This document shows, piece by piece, positions 1 through 10,057 of a stretch of 64,000 nucleotides of DNA (its first letter is position 1; the number at the start of each line of letters is the position of its first letter). The stretch lies in contig JAQURL010000001.1 of assembly GCA_028715625.1 (NCBI GenBank), forward strand, positions 36,345 through 100,344, read 5' to 3'. The translations under genes were made by a program, and so were the position numbers. Origin of the DNA: Candidatus Margulisiibacteriota bacterium. GTDB lineage: Bacteria > Margulisbacteria > Riflemargulisbacteria > GWF2-35-9. The notes beneath the pieces are model-generated. The model was not told where the DNA came from. It did no database searches and was given only the letters and a program-made list of their open reading frames with translations.

Positions 1-22
1 TGCGCAAAAAACTTTTAATGCC

Positions 23-1501
23 ATGATTGATTTTCTTAATACCTATATTATTAAAAAACAAAGCGATATAACTCTTGAAGCTTATAAAAATTCACAAAAA
101 ACTTATCAGGCTAATCTTTTCCTGCTGGTTTTTGTTTCTCTTACCGCAATGTGTTTCCTGGTTGTTTTCATCTATTTAATTATTAAAAGTATTCTTGAAC
201 CTTTATTCTTGTTTTCATCGAATGTCGATAAAATAATTAAAACCGGCGATTTTTCAATTCAAATTGATTACAAAAATAATGATGAATTCAAGCAAATAAT
301 CAATGCTTTTAATGTCTTTATGAACAATCTGAAGCTGGCCGTTTCGGGTGTAAATCAGGTTATGGAAGCATTGGCACATGGTGATTATTCTAAAAGAGTT
401 TTTATAGATTTAAAAGGTGACTTACATACTATGAAAACCAATATCAATTCTACAGTCGGCGACCTTGGTTCGGCAATAACTTCAATAAATGAAGTAATGG
501 AAGCCGTGGCTCAAGGTGATTTCAAACAAAAAATTATGGTTTCTTTGAATGGTGAGCTTGATATATTGAAAGAAAACATAAATAGTTCGATAGAGATGCT
601 CGGTGTTAATATTGATAGTATCAATGTAGTCATGGACGCTGTATCTAAAAATGATTTAAAACAAAGGATATGTTCTAATTCTTATGGGGATATTAATAAA
701 CTTATCCAGAATATTAATAACTCCCTGGAAACTCTGGCCAGTTCATTACAAAACATTGCGAATTATTCCATCTCCGTAGTCAATTCTACTGATCTTTCCA
801 ATCAGGTTGTAGGTGAAATGGTCCAATCGGCAGATATATTGATCCGGTCAATTTCCGATATAAAGGAAGCAACCAACGACGCGCATAAATCAATTGAATA
901 TATTGTTGATAATGCTTCTACAGCAAATGCCGTAAGTGAAGAAACATTTCAACTTGTAAAAAAAGGACAAAATAAAATATCCGGCATGGTGAATATAATT
1001 CAGTCCATATCTGAAAATAGCCTGAAAATCAGCAAAATTACAGATGTTATTGGAGAAATTGCCAATCAGACCAATCTTTTATCCTTGAATGCCGCCATTG
1101 AGGCAGCAAGGGCTGGAGAACACGGCAAAGGATTTGCTGTAGTTGCTGATGAAGTCAGGAAACTGGCAGAAAATGTTTCCAGTTATGTTAAAGAGATTTC
1201 TGATCTCGTATCCAAAGCGGTTAAAGAAATAGAGATCGGAGTAGCGTCCGCCACCGAAGTTCATGAAGATATGGGCAATATGACTGATTCCGTTTCCAAA
1301 AACAGCAGCATGATTCAGAGTATATCATCCCTGATTAATCAACAAAAAGTTGTAATTGAGGGAATACAGAATAACGTGATTAACTTAAGTCAATTTGCCG
1401 ATAAAAATAATTCCATAGCAAAAACTATTACCAGTTCTTCACGTGAACTTTCAACACTGGCTAAAAAAACAATGACAGAAGTTAAAAAATTTACAATTTA
1501 A
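23..1501 (+). CDS. Methyl-accepting chemotaxis protein with poly-HAMP array (possibly 5'-partial; reading frame is open to window start)
   Basis: One TM helix, then 4+ HAMP-like repeats ([15 protein letters not shown]..., [15 protein letters not shown]..., [15 protein letters not shown]...). MCP signalling domain motif [32 protein letters not shown]. No in-frame stop between position 2 and the ATG at 23. Confidence 0.8.
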   Translation: MIDFLNTYIIKKQSDITLEAYKNSQKTYQANLFLLVFVSLTAMCFLVVFIYLIIKSILEPLFLFSSNVDKIIKTGDFSIQIDYKNNDEFKQIINAFNVFMNNLKLAVSGVNQVMEALAHGDYSKRVFIDLKGDLHTMKTNINSTVGDLGSAITSINEVMEAVAQGDFKQKIMVSLNGELDILKENINSSIEMLGVNIDSINVVMDAVSKNDLKQRICSNSYGDINKLIQNINNSLETLASSLQNIANYSISVVNSTDLSNQVVGEMVQSADILIRSISDIKEATNDAHKSIEYIVDNASTANAVSEETFQLVKKGQNKISGMVNIIQSISENSLKISKITDVIGEIANQTNLLSLNAAIEAARAGEHGKGFAVVADEVRKLAENVSSYVKEISDLVSKAVKEIEIGVASATEVHEDMGNMTDSVSKNSSMIQSISSLINQQKVVIEGIQNNVINLSQFADKNNSIAKTITSSSRELSTLAKKTMTEVKKFTI

Positions 1502-1504
1502 CTG

Positions 1505-2347
1505 TTATATCAGTTTATCGTTATTAAGAATATAATCCTGATATAAAATTACTTTACGGCCTTCTTCCTGAACTTTTTCAATAACCAAATGTTTGTCTAA
1601 CAATTTTGCATCGATAATCTTTATGCGCTTATTATTCTTTATTGTGTATACTCCAGGCCAAGGATGATAGGCGCGGATTTTTTTGATAATTATTTCCGGG
1701 TCGTCCTTAGTCAAATCTACATACCCGTTTTGTTTTTCAATCTTTTTCGTATAGCTGGCTTCAGTCTCATCCTGTCTCACAAATTTCCAATGTACCAAAT
1801 CTATATCTAATTGCTGTAAGAGCATGCTGATACTTAATTGTTCCAGCTTTTCCGATAATGTTGAAAAATTCTCCTTTTCATCAATTTTTATTTTTTTCAT
1901 ATTTATAATATCCCCGTTATCCACCTTCTCCTCTATTCTTATCAAAGTTACACCGGTTTCTTTGTCATCACCAAGAAGAACAGTCTGTATAGGAGAAGGT
2001 CCTCGATATTTGGGAAGCAGTGAGGCGTGAATATTAACAAGTAAATAATTTTGGACTATTTCTTTGGAAAATATCATACCAAAAGCAACAACTATAGAAA
2101 GGTCAGGAGATTCGTCTTTAAATAGATTTTGCAGTTCGGTTTTATTGGTTGGCTGATATACAGGTAATTTATTTTTTTTTGCTATTCTTTTTACTTCCGA
2201 TTCTTCCAGATTATATCCTCTACCCTTGCAACGGTCTGGCTGTGTAACAACCCCGTCAATCCTGATTTTTCCATTCTTAACAATTGAGTCTAAAATATTA
2301 GCCGCGAATAAGGGGGTCCCAAAGAAAAAAACTTTTTGAAAAGACAT
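1505..2347 (-). CDS. fmt: Methionyl-tRNA formyltransferase
   Basis: N-terminus MSFQKVFFFGTP..., formyltransferase fold motifs, immediately downstream of def with ATGA overlap (conserved def-fmt pair). Confidence 0.85.
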   Translation of the reverse strand: MSFQKVFFFGTPLFAANILDSIVKNGKIRIDGVVTQPDRCKGRGYNLEESEVKRIAKKNKLPVYQPTNKTELQNLFKDESPDLSIVVAFGMIFSKEIVQNYLLVNIHASLLPKYRGPSPIQTVLLGDDKETGVTLIRIEEKVDNGDIINMKKIKIDEKENFSTLSEKLEQLSISMLLQQLDIDLVHWKFVRQDETEASYTKKIEKQNGYVDLTKDDPEIIIKKIRAYHPWPGVYTIKNNKRIKIIDAKLLDKHLVIEKVQEEGRKVILYQDYILNNDKLI

Positions 2348-2832
2348 TACATATCTCTCATGTCTTCCACTGTCTTCAATGAACCCTGTTCAACTTTATC
2401 AATGTATAAGACACCGTCCAGATGATCAAGCTCATGCTGAATTACACGTGCCAGATAATTTTCCGCTTCTACAGTAATATCCTCAAAATGAATATCTTTT
2501 GCTTTCAAGGTAATCTTCCTGCCTCTTCTTACTTCACCTTCAAACTTTGGTACGCTCAAACACGCTTCCGGTCCGATTATTTCCCCCTCCTTGGCAACAA
2601 TTCTTGGATTAATAAATACCTGCAATGAATCTTTCTTTTCAGAAATATCTAGGATAAAAATCCTTGTTAATTCTCCTATTTGTATAGCAGCCAGACCAGC
2701 GCCATTATTCTCGTACATTGTATCTGCCATGTCGTGTACAAGCTTTTTCAGGGCTGGTGTGATATTTTTAACAGCTTTACTCTTCTTTCTTAACAATGGA
2801 TTATTATAAATCAATATTTTTTTTGAACTCAT
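2347..2832 (-). CDS. def: Peptide deformylase
   Basis: Motifs GLAAIQIG, EGCLSVP-like (EACLSVP) and HELDHLDG metal-binding motif. Confidence 0.9.
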   Translation of the reverse strand: MSSKKILIYNNPLLRKKSKAVKNITPALKKLVHDMADTMYENNGAGLAAIQIGELTRIFILDISEKKDSLQVFINPRIVAKEGEIIGPEACLSVPKFEGEVRRGRKITLKAKDIHFEDITVEAENYLARVIQHELDHLDGVLYIDKVEQGSLKTVEDMRDM

Positions 2833-3575
2833 TTACTGAATTTCCTTTTTTCCATTATTTTAAAAATAACCAACGCACCCGCAACAGAAGCGTTTAAAGA
2901 GTCAATCACATCCGTAGCCATTGGTATTTTTATCAAATAATCACAATTTTCAGTTAACAACCGGCTCATTCCTTTCCCTTCATTACCGATAATCAAAACT
3001 AATGGTATCTTGTAGTCAATTTCTAAATAACTTTCTTTAGCCATTTGATGTGTGCCGATAATCCATAATCCCTTATCTTTTAATTTTTGTACACAGTTTA
3101 CCAAGTTTGAAGTTTTGGCGATCAAAATATTATCAACAGCTCCGGTACTGACCTTAACAACTGTCGGAGACAGTTCTGCCTGTTTTTTCGCCGGAACAAT
3201 AATTCCATGAACCCCAGCAGCAACTGATGTTCGGATTAATGACCCGAAATTATATGGGTCTTCTATTTCGTCCAGCATAAGAATAAAGGGCTGCTCATTT
3301 TTCTCCTCAGCCAGATCTAAAATATCCTCCACTTCTACAAACTGATAAGGAGGTACATATGCCAAAACTCCTTGATGGCTATCCGTCGAGCTTATCTTTT
3401 CAATCTCTTTTTTATCCGCATATACTATAGGTACCCTGTTATAATGAGCTAAAGAAATAAGATCATTTATTTTGTTATCATGTTGGAAACTCTTGCTTAT
3501 CAAAATCCTGTGGATTCTTTTTCCGTTTTTTAAAGAATTTAGAACTGCGTTACGTCCGTATATAAAATTAGTCAC
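2829..3575 (-). CDS. SpoU/TrmH-family RNA 2'-O-methyltransferase (RlmB-like)
   Basis: N-terminal substrate-binding-like region then SPOUT motifs (LILMLDEIEDPYNFGSLIRTSVAAGVHGIIV, IGNEGKGMS). Confidence 0.75.
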   Translation of the reverse strand: MTNFIYGRNAVLNSLKNGKRIHRILISKSFQHDNKINDLISLAHYNRVPIVYADKKEIEKISSTDSHQGVLAYVPPYQFVEVEDILDLAEEKNEQPFILMLDEIEDPYNFGSLIRTSVAAGVHGIIVPAKKQAELSPTVVKVSTGAVDNILIAKTSNLVNCVQKLKDKGLWIIGTHQMAKESYLEIDYKIPLVLIIGNEGKGMSRLLTENCDYLIKIPMATDVIDSLNASVAGALVIFKIMEKRKFSK

Positions 3576-4854
3576 CGGCTGCTTCCCTGATCGAGTCTAA
3601 AAATATTCCGATTGCGGTTTTAATTTCCTCTTTTTTAATGATTAACGGTGGAATCAATCGAATAACTTGGTCATTTTCTCCGCAACTTATTAGCAGTAAT
3701 CCCTTTACTAAAGCAATATTTCGGACACTTTTCACAAACTCAGGGTTCGGTTCCTTTGTCCCCGGCTTAATGAATTCCACGCCTATCATCAGCCCAAAGC
3801 CTCTAACATCGCCTATTTGCTGGTACTTTTTTTGTGCATCTTTTAGTAAAGATTTCATATATTGACCTGTTTCATAAGCATTATCCAGCAGCTTTTCCTT
3901 ATCAATAGTATCAATTGTTGCCAGGCTTGCTGCGCAGGCCACCGGATTTCCGGGGAATGTACCTCCATGTGCTGATGTGGTCCATTGATTCATTAAATCA
4001 GCACGTGCTACACAGGCTCCCAGGGGCAATCCGGAGGCAATAGCTTTAGCCAGCGCGATTACATCAGGCTGAACCTCGTAATGCTCCTTGGCGAACATTT
4101 CACCTGTTCGACCGAATCCTGACTGAATTTCGTCAAATATTAAAATAATATTATGTTCATTAGTGATGTAGCGTAATTCCTGTATAAACTCTACCGGGGC
4201 CGGGATATAGCCACCTTCACCTAAAACCGGTTCAATAATCACAGCTGCAAGGTCATCTTTATTTTTAATAATTTTCTCTTTCATATCAGTTATGCATTGA
4301 AATTTACATTTTCCATAAGTTTGATCATAGGGACATCGATAACAATAAGGAAAATTCGCTGTAATTACGCTATTTATTAGCCAGTCCTCATATCCTTTTT
4401 TATATTTTTCCTTATAAGTAATCGATAATGCTCCTAATGTTCTTCCATGAAACGCCCCGCTAAAAGCCAGCAATTTCTTCTTTTTTGAAACGTACCGTGC
4501 TAACTTAAGGCTTGCCTCAATGGCTTCAGACCCACTCTGAGTAAAAAAAACCGATGCCTCTTTAAATCCGGTTATCTTGACAATTTTTTCAGCCAAATTG
4601 CTATGTGGTGCATAATATGCAATTCCCGCTGCAATATGGATCAACTTTTTTGTCTGCTCACAAATCGCCTTATATATATTCGGATGAACATGACCTGTAT
4701 TAACTACCCCTATACCAGATGTAAAATCAATATACTTCTTGCCATCAACAGTGTATAGGTATAGACCTTCTGCGTGATCCACTTCTAATCTTGTAAAGTG
4801 GCTCAAGACCGGGGATATATATTGATCCGCTTTTTTTAATATTTCGTGGTTCAT
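3568..4854 (-). CDS. Class III pyridoxal-phosphate aminotransferase (acetylornithine/GABA aminotransferase family)
   Basis: DEIQSGFGRTGEMFA PLP-lysine region, GGTFPGNPVACAA, overall AT-III architecture. Confidence 0.75.
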   Translation of the reverse strand: MNHEILKKADQYISPVLSHFTRLEVDHAEGLYLYTVDGKKYIDFTSGIGVVNTGHVHPNIYKAICEQTKKLIHIAAGIAYYAPHSNLAEKIVKITGFKEASVFFTQSGSEAIEASLKLARYVSKKKKLLAFSGAFHGRTLGALSITYKEKYKKGYEDWLINSVITANFPYCYRCPYDQTYGKCKFQCITDMKEKIIKNKDDLAAVIIEPVLGEGGYIPAPVEFIQELRYITNEHNIILIFDEIQSGFGRTGEMFAKEHYEVQPDVIALAKAIASGLPLGACVARADLMNQWTTSAHGGTFPGNPVACAASLATIDTIDKEKLLDNAYETGQYMKSLLKDAQKKYQQIGDVRGFGLMIGVEFIKPGTKEPNPEFVKSVRNIALVKGLLLISCGENDQVIRLIPPLIIKKEEIKTAIGIFLDSIREAAGD

Positions 4855-5692
4855 GTTTCTATTATACCTGAATTTATTTACTAGCTGTACCGATAATTTT
4901 ATAGGAATGTTTAATAAGCTTATTTCTTTTTCTTATAATCTGCGAGAATATTTGGCCGGGTTCAAGGATTTGGAAAAGAACCCCGGAATTATAAATATGT
5001 CTACGTTTGATTATTTACATAACAAGCATCATTTTGATTTAACAAATTTCTTTTCAAACACTTTGAGCACACATGAACTCAGGCAAACTGAATTTACTTT
5101 GGATAATGAAACTTTTGTATTTTATTTTCATCAGCTACCCCATGAAAATTGCATTTTATGGCATATTGGGGCTTATGAAAAAAATCCGGCTTTAGAGGGT
5201 TATGAGTTGGCCAGCCTAGGTTATGCACTATCCGAGAAACAACTTCTTGAACAACAAAATTTATATAAAGCCAGCCATATGGAATGTATAATCATGAATA
5301 ATGTCCCCTCTATACGCAGAATCCCTTGGCACAGGCTTAATTTACCAAAAAATGAAATAATACATCGCTTTAAGGCACTAAATGATTTCGTTCCTTCCTT
5401 AGACCCCATGTACACCCGGTCAAGATACCAGCGTAGAGGTTTCGTTAATTTTTCTTTAAATTTATTTCTGCTAAGGGCCTGGCTGTTTAATTTTGAGTAT
5501 TTATCTTTTCAGGCAGTATCGGTTTATGCCGATACTTTAACCAAATTGAGCGGCTTCAAAACCAATAGCGGAGATACAGGTAATCGTCAATTTTTAAATG
5601 CCGGTCTGCTTAGAGCAGAACAAGAACCACCAGATAAATGGCATGCTCTTTCTCAACTTGAGCTCGACAAAAATTATATGCAATCATTTTGA
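4853..5692 (+). CDS. Hypothetical protein (start uncertain; internal Met at about 4997 possible)
   Basis: Long ORF with no recognisable motif; sits divergent from the aminotransferase and upstream of glnN. Confidence 0.3.
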   Translation: MFLLYLNLFTSCTDNFIGMFNKLISFSYNLREYLAGFKDLEKNPGIINMSTFDYLHNKHHFDLTNFFSNTLSTHELRQTEFTLDNETFVFYFHQLPHENCILWHIGAYEKNPALEGYELASLGYALSEKQLLEQQNLYKASHMECIIMNNVPSIRRIPWHRLNLPKNEIIHRFKALNDFVPSLDPMYTRSRYQRRGFVNFSLNLFLLRAWLFNFEYLSFQAVSVYADTLTKLSGFKTNSGDTGNRQFLNAGLLRAEQEPPDKWHALSQLELDKNYMQSF

Positions 5693-5760
5693 TATCTTGT
5701 ACGAACCTTGTCCCATATATTACAATAGGTTCATAGTTTACTAGTAAATTAGGAGAAAAA

Positions 5761-7869
5761 ATGTCAAAAACAATGGACATCTTCGGCGAATTGGTTTTCA
5801 ACAAAGAAGTAATGAAAAATCGTTTAAGCAAGAACGCTTATACTCAACTGATTGATATTATAACCAAAGGTGAATCACTGGAAAAAGAAATAGCCGGAGA
5901 AATTGCACACAGCATTAAAGAATGGGCTATTGAAAACGGTGCAACTCATTATACCCACTGGTTTCAACCGCTCCGGGAAGGTACAGCTGAAAAACATTAT
6001 GCTTTTCTCAGCTACAACGAAGAGGAAGAAATTATCGAACGTTTATCCGCAGAACAGCTTATTCAATCCGAACCTGATGCGTCGTCTTTTCCTTCCGGAG
6101 GTATAAGGTCTACCTTTGAGGCCAGGGGTTATACAGCGTGGGACCCCACATCCCCTGTTTTCCTTATGGAAAGCAAAAACACAAAAACTCTTGTAATTCC
6201 ATCTGTATTTCTGTCCTGGACAGGGGAGGTGCTTGATCAAAAAACCGCCTTGTTAAGATCAAAAAAAGCCCTGAACAATGTATCCATGAAAATCCAAAAA
6301 TTGCTTGGTAACCGCAACGCCAAGAGAACACAGGTATGGCTTGGTATAGAACAGGAATATTTCTTGATACCTAAAGAACATTATACAAATAGACTCGATA
6401 TAAAAATTTGCGGTAAAACATTGTTTGGCACCAAACCGGCCAGAGGTCAGCAATTAAAAGAACATTATTTCGGCGCTATCAAAGAAAATATTTTAAATTT
6501 TATGGAAGATCTGGACACCGAATTATATCGTCGCGGTATACCGGCCAAAACAAGACACAATGAAGTTTCTCCAAACCAGTTTGAAATAGCTCCTTTGTAT
6601 GAAGAAATGAACCTGGCTGTTGACCATAATTTGCAAACAATGTCTATTATGAAAGATGTTGCCGAAAAACATGGCTTGGTAGTTTTGCTCCACGAAAAAC
6701 CTTTTAAGGGTGTTAATGGTTCCGGAAAACATTTGAACTGGTCTATTGGCGACAATACTGGTGTAAATTATCTGGAACCATCCGCATCTCCGTTACGCAA
6801 TGTTACGCTGTTAATGACGGTCGTTTCTATAATGTTGGGAGTTAAAAAATACGGCGCTCTATTAAGAGCTACAGTTTCCGATGCTGGCAACGATGACCGT
6901 CTTGGTGGAAGTGAAGCTCCACCTAATATTATGTCAGTATATTTAGGCGAATATCTGTCATCTCTTCTTAATGAGATTGAAAACATAAACAAGATGACTG
7001 AAAAAAAGATGGCTGAAATCAGCCTGGGGATCAGACAACTTCCCTCCATAACCAAAGATATATCAGATAGGAACAGAACTTCACCTATTGCTTTTACCGG
7101 CAACAAATTTGAGTTTAGAGCTGTAGGTTCTTCTCAAAATTGCTCGGAAGCAGCAACTGTATTGAACCTGATTGTTACATATGGATACGAAATTATTCAC
7201 GATCGCCTGGATAAAATGAAAGGTGATCCCAGAACAAATGCCCTGCTAATTATTAAAGACCTGTTAAAAGAAACAAAGGGAATCCATTTCGAAGGCAACA
7301 GTTACACGGAAGATTGGCACAAAGAAGCACTGAAAAGAGGTCTTCCTAACATTAAAGATACACCATCAGCGCTAAAACATTTAACTGAACATGATAATAT
7401 TAAACTTTTCACAGACTTCCATATATTGTCTGAAAGAGAAATAAAAGCCAGGCAATATATAAAATATCAAAAATACATAGACACAAAACAAATTGAGTTG
7501 AAAATAGCTTGTGAGATAGCACAAAAGCAAATCCAACCTGTCCTGATAAAACAAATGGTATTATTAGGAAAAAGCGCAGAAACACTCAAGGAAAACGATA
7601 TTAATTCAAAAACAATAATAGAAGAACTGAAGAATCTTGAAGAAATCTATAGTAACATTCATAAAACAACCTCACAAATACAAGAGCAAATCAATAAAAA
7701 TAATTCAATAAATAGTAATGACAGCCTGGAAAAATTAGCTTCCAGCTATGCACAAATTTCAGATAAAAGTTTATATGAATTAAGGTCATTAATAGATTCC
7801 GCTGAAAATTTGATAGCTAAAGAGCTCTGGCCCCTTATCGGATATCAGGATTTATTTACTTCACTATAA
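5761..7869 (+). CDS. glnN: Glutamine synthetase type III
   Basis: About 700 aa, N-terminus MSKTMDIFGELVFNKEVMKNRL... typical of GSIII, AGGAG RBS upstream. Confidence 0.8.
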   Translation: MSKTMDIFGELVFNKEVMKNRLSKNAYTQLIDIITKGESLEKEIAGEIAHSIKEWAIENGATHYTHWFQPLREGTAEKHYAFLSYNEEEEIIERLSAEQLIQSEPDASSFPSGGIRSTFEARGYTAWDPTSPVFLMESKNTKTLVIPSVFLSWTGEVLDQKTALLRSKKALNNVSMKIQKLLGNRNAKRTQVWLGIEQEYFLIPKEHYTNRLDIKICGKTLFGTKPARGQQLKEHYFGAIKENILNFMEDLDTELYRRGIPAKTRHNEVSPNQFEIAPLYEEMNLAVDHNLQTMSIMKDVAEKHGLVVLLHEKPFKGVNGSGKHLNWSIGDNTGVNYLEPSASPLRNVTLLMTVVSIMLGVKKYGALLRATVSDAGNDDRLGGSEAPPNIMSVYLGEYLSSLLNEIENINKMTEKKMAEISLGIRQLPSITKDISDRNRTSPIAFTGNKFEFRAVGSSQNCSEAATVLNLIVTYGYEIIHDRLDKMKGDPRTNALLIIKDLLKETKGIHFEGNSYTEDWHKEALKRGLPNIKDTPSALKHLTEHDNIKLFTDFHILSEREIKARQYIKYQKYIDTKQIELKIACEIAQKQIQPVLIKQMVLLGKSAETLKENDINSKTIIEELKNLEEIYSNIHKTTSQIQEQINKNNSINSNDSLEKLASSYAQISDKSLYELRSLIDSAENLIAKELWPLIGYQDLFTSL

Positions 7870-8007
7870 CGCTTAAATCATATCCAATAAAAGATTATGT
7901 ATTTTTAAATATAATATTATCCAACAAACTTTTAACATAAGCTATTAAGCTCGTTTCAAATAATAAGATAATTTATTACTTATTTTAGGATTATGCTAAA
8001 TAACGTA

Positions 8008-9945
8008 TTAGTTCTGAGGACTACCTATACCTAGTCTTTGCTCTGTTGCTTCTAATATTGCAGTAATCATTTCTGGATAATTTATGCCTGCGAATTTCGC
8101 CATTCTGGCCAAATGGCCATCCCAGCACCAACCGGGATTCGGATTTACTTCCAGCAATTTCGGGTTACCCTGTGCATCTAAACGCCAGTCGAAACGACTA
8201 TAATCTCTAACTTCCAATCGTTCATATAATTTTAAGCAACTTTCAATAACCATTCTTTCTGTATCAGCAGGTAAATCAGCCGGGATTGAAGTAATACTAA
8301 AATAAGGTGACTCCGGTTGCCACTTTGCTTCATAGCCACATATTTTTGGCAAGTCAGGAGGCAATGAAGAATAGTCCTCCTCAATAATCGGTAGCACTTT
8401 ATATGATTCCGGCGGGTTTCCTATTATCCCTACGCTTATATCCTTACCGGTAAGAAATTCTTCAACCAGAATCGGCTTTTCATAGCCGAATTTTTCCCTG
8501 ATGCCCGATATCGCATAAGTTAGTTCTTCTATATTATTGGCAACACTTTTTTGCGTTATCCCAAAACTTGAGTCACCTGAATTGGGTTTAACTATAACAG
8601 GAAATGGGAATGATAAATCAAAGGTAGAATCTTCTGGTTTTACAAAAAAAGCTTCGGAAACGGGTATGCCCATTTCTTTAGCGATACCTCTCACCAGCGA
8701 TTTATCATAACAATAAGCGAGCGCCTGAGGCCCTGAACCTGTATAAGGCACTCCAAGTACTTCCAAAATTGAAGGAACATGCAGTTCCTTTCGCGGATCG
8801 TTGTTAAACCCTTCATCACAAAGATTAAACACATAATCAATTTTAATTTTTTGTTTTATTTTATTTAAATCATTAATTAACAAATCATGGTTGCTTATAT
8901 AAGTAAATTGATATCCGTTTAATTTTTTTAAAGCGTCTTTCAATTGATCAATAGTATAAAAATCATCATCATCAAATATACTCGATGGTTTTAAGTTGTC
9001 AGGCTTGGATGGATCACCAAGAATAACAACCACATTTTTTTCTATCTGTTTTTTCTTGGTTATAGGAGTCCATTCTTTGCGTACTATACATTTCATTATC
9101 AGTCTTTGCTGCATCATACCCAAGTCTTGGTTTCTAGCAGAATTGGTAGCAATTTCACCCATTACGGAAATATCTGAGAAACCTGCCTTTTTTAATAATT
9201 CCGTAGATTTTTCCTGATTGTAAAGACGAACAGCGTAAAATTGATCAGCAATAACGCCTTTATCAATATGTGAAACCAGCTCTCTGGATATCAGTTTGTT
9301 TGTATCCAGGGATAATGACCTTTCCCTGCAAACAAAATATTTTTTATCTATCCATTCCCAAGACCTGGCTTGAAAATTCTGTTTTAAAAATTCACCGTTG
9401 GCTACATCTATCAATACACGTCCCCACGGTTTCAATACTCGGTGAACTTCCTTAAGAACTCTTAAATCATCTTCCAGAGTTTCAAAATACCCGAAACTAT
9501 TCCCTAAAATCATTACTACGTCAAAGCTGTCCGATAAATAGGGAAGTTTGCGGGCATCGCCTTCGCGAAACTTGATATCAAGTCCTTCTTTTTTGCTTCT
9601 CTCTTTTGCTTTTTGAATTAAATAATGTGATCTGTCGATCCCTTTGATATTCTTGTAGCCGCGTCGCGCTATTTCCATGGAATGCCGTCCCTGGCCGCAA
9701 CAAAGGTCCAAAATGGAATCACTTGGGTTTAATTTTAATATATCAATAAACTGATCAACTTCCTGTTGGGTTATACTGTTATCTTCAACTATATCTGCAT
9801 CGGTCTTCAGATAATTGAAGTTAAATATACTTTTCCACCATTCAGGGGACACATGTTCTTCGAGGTTTATTACGGGGCCCAATACTTTGTTTTTTGTTTT
9901 ACTTTTTTTTATCGGCGGCTGTTTTGAGCTTTCTTTCACTTTCAA
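8008..9945 (-). CDS. Fusion protein: N-terminal class I SAM-dependent methyltransferase plus C-terminal D-Ala-D-Ala-ligase-like ATP-grasp domain (TTG start)
   Basis: MTase motif I ILDLCCGQGRH, motif II FDVVMILGNSF, motif III LKPWGRVLIDV. Ddl-like motifs VPSILEVLGVPYTGSGPQALAYCYDKSLVRG, PVIVKPNSGDSSFGI, ILVEEFLTGKDISVGIIGN, RFDWRLDAQGNPKLLEVNPNPG. AGGAG RBS upstream of the TTG. Confidence 0.7.
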   Translation of the reverse strand: MKVKESSKQPPIKKSKTKNKVLGPVINLEEHVSPEWWKSIFNFNYLKTDADIVEDNSITQQEVDQFIDILKLNPSDSILDLCCGQGRHSMEIARRGYKNIKGIDRSHYLIQKAKERSKKEGLDIKFREGDARKLPYLSDSFDVVMILGNSFGYFETLEDDLRVLKEVHRVLKPWGRVLIDVANGEFLKQNFQARSWEWIDKKYFVCRERSLSLDTNKLISRELVSHIDKGVIADQFYAVRLYNQEKSTELLKKAGFSDISVMGEIATNSARNQDLGMMQQRLIMKCIVRKEWTPITKKKQIEKNVVVILGDPSKPDNLKPSSIFDDDDFYTIDQLKDALKKLNGYQFTYISNHDLLINDLNKIKQKIKIDYVFNLCDEGFNNDPRKELHVPSILEVLGVPYTGSGPQALAYCYDKSLVRGIAKEMGIPVSEAFFVKPEDSTFDLSFPFPVIVKPNSGDSSFGITQKSVANNIEELTYAISGIREKFGYEKPILVEEFLTGKDISVGIIGNPPESYKVLPIIEEDYSSLPPDLPKICGYEAKWQPESPYFSITSIPADLPADTERMVIESCLKLYERLEVRDYSRFDWRLDAQGNPKLLEVNPNPGWCWDGHLARMAKFAGINYPEMITAILEATEQRLGIGSPQN

Positions 9946-9996
9946 TATTTACCCTTCTCTCCTTCTTTGTGTAGCCGATCCTACTTCTGTTAGGTA

Positions 9997-10035
9997 AAAC
10001 TCAGAAGATGTGTAAAATACCCATCTTCTGAGTTT
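9997..10035 (-). terminator. Rho-independent terminator hairpin downstream of the lipoprotein gene
   Basis: 11-14 bp perfect inverted repeat aaactcagaagatg...catcttctgagttt, followed on the minus strand by TTTTA. Confidence 0.5.
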
Positions 10036-10057
10036 AATTCCATATTTATTTGCAAAT

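Noticed and set aside
1079-1264. 61-aa minus-strand ORF inside the MCP gene (similar short antisense ORFs lie inside fmt, def, glnN, metG, PBP1A, accC, etc.)
   Set aside because: Fully embedded antisense in strongly supported genes. No RBS or conservation signal.
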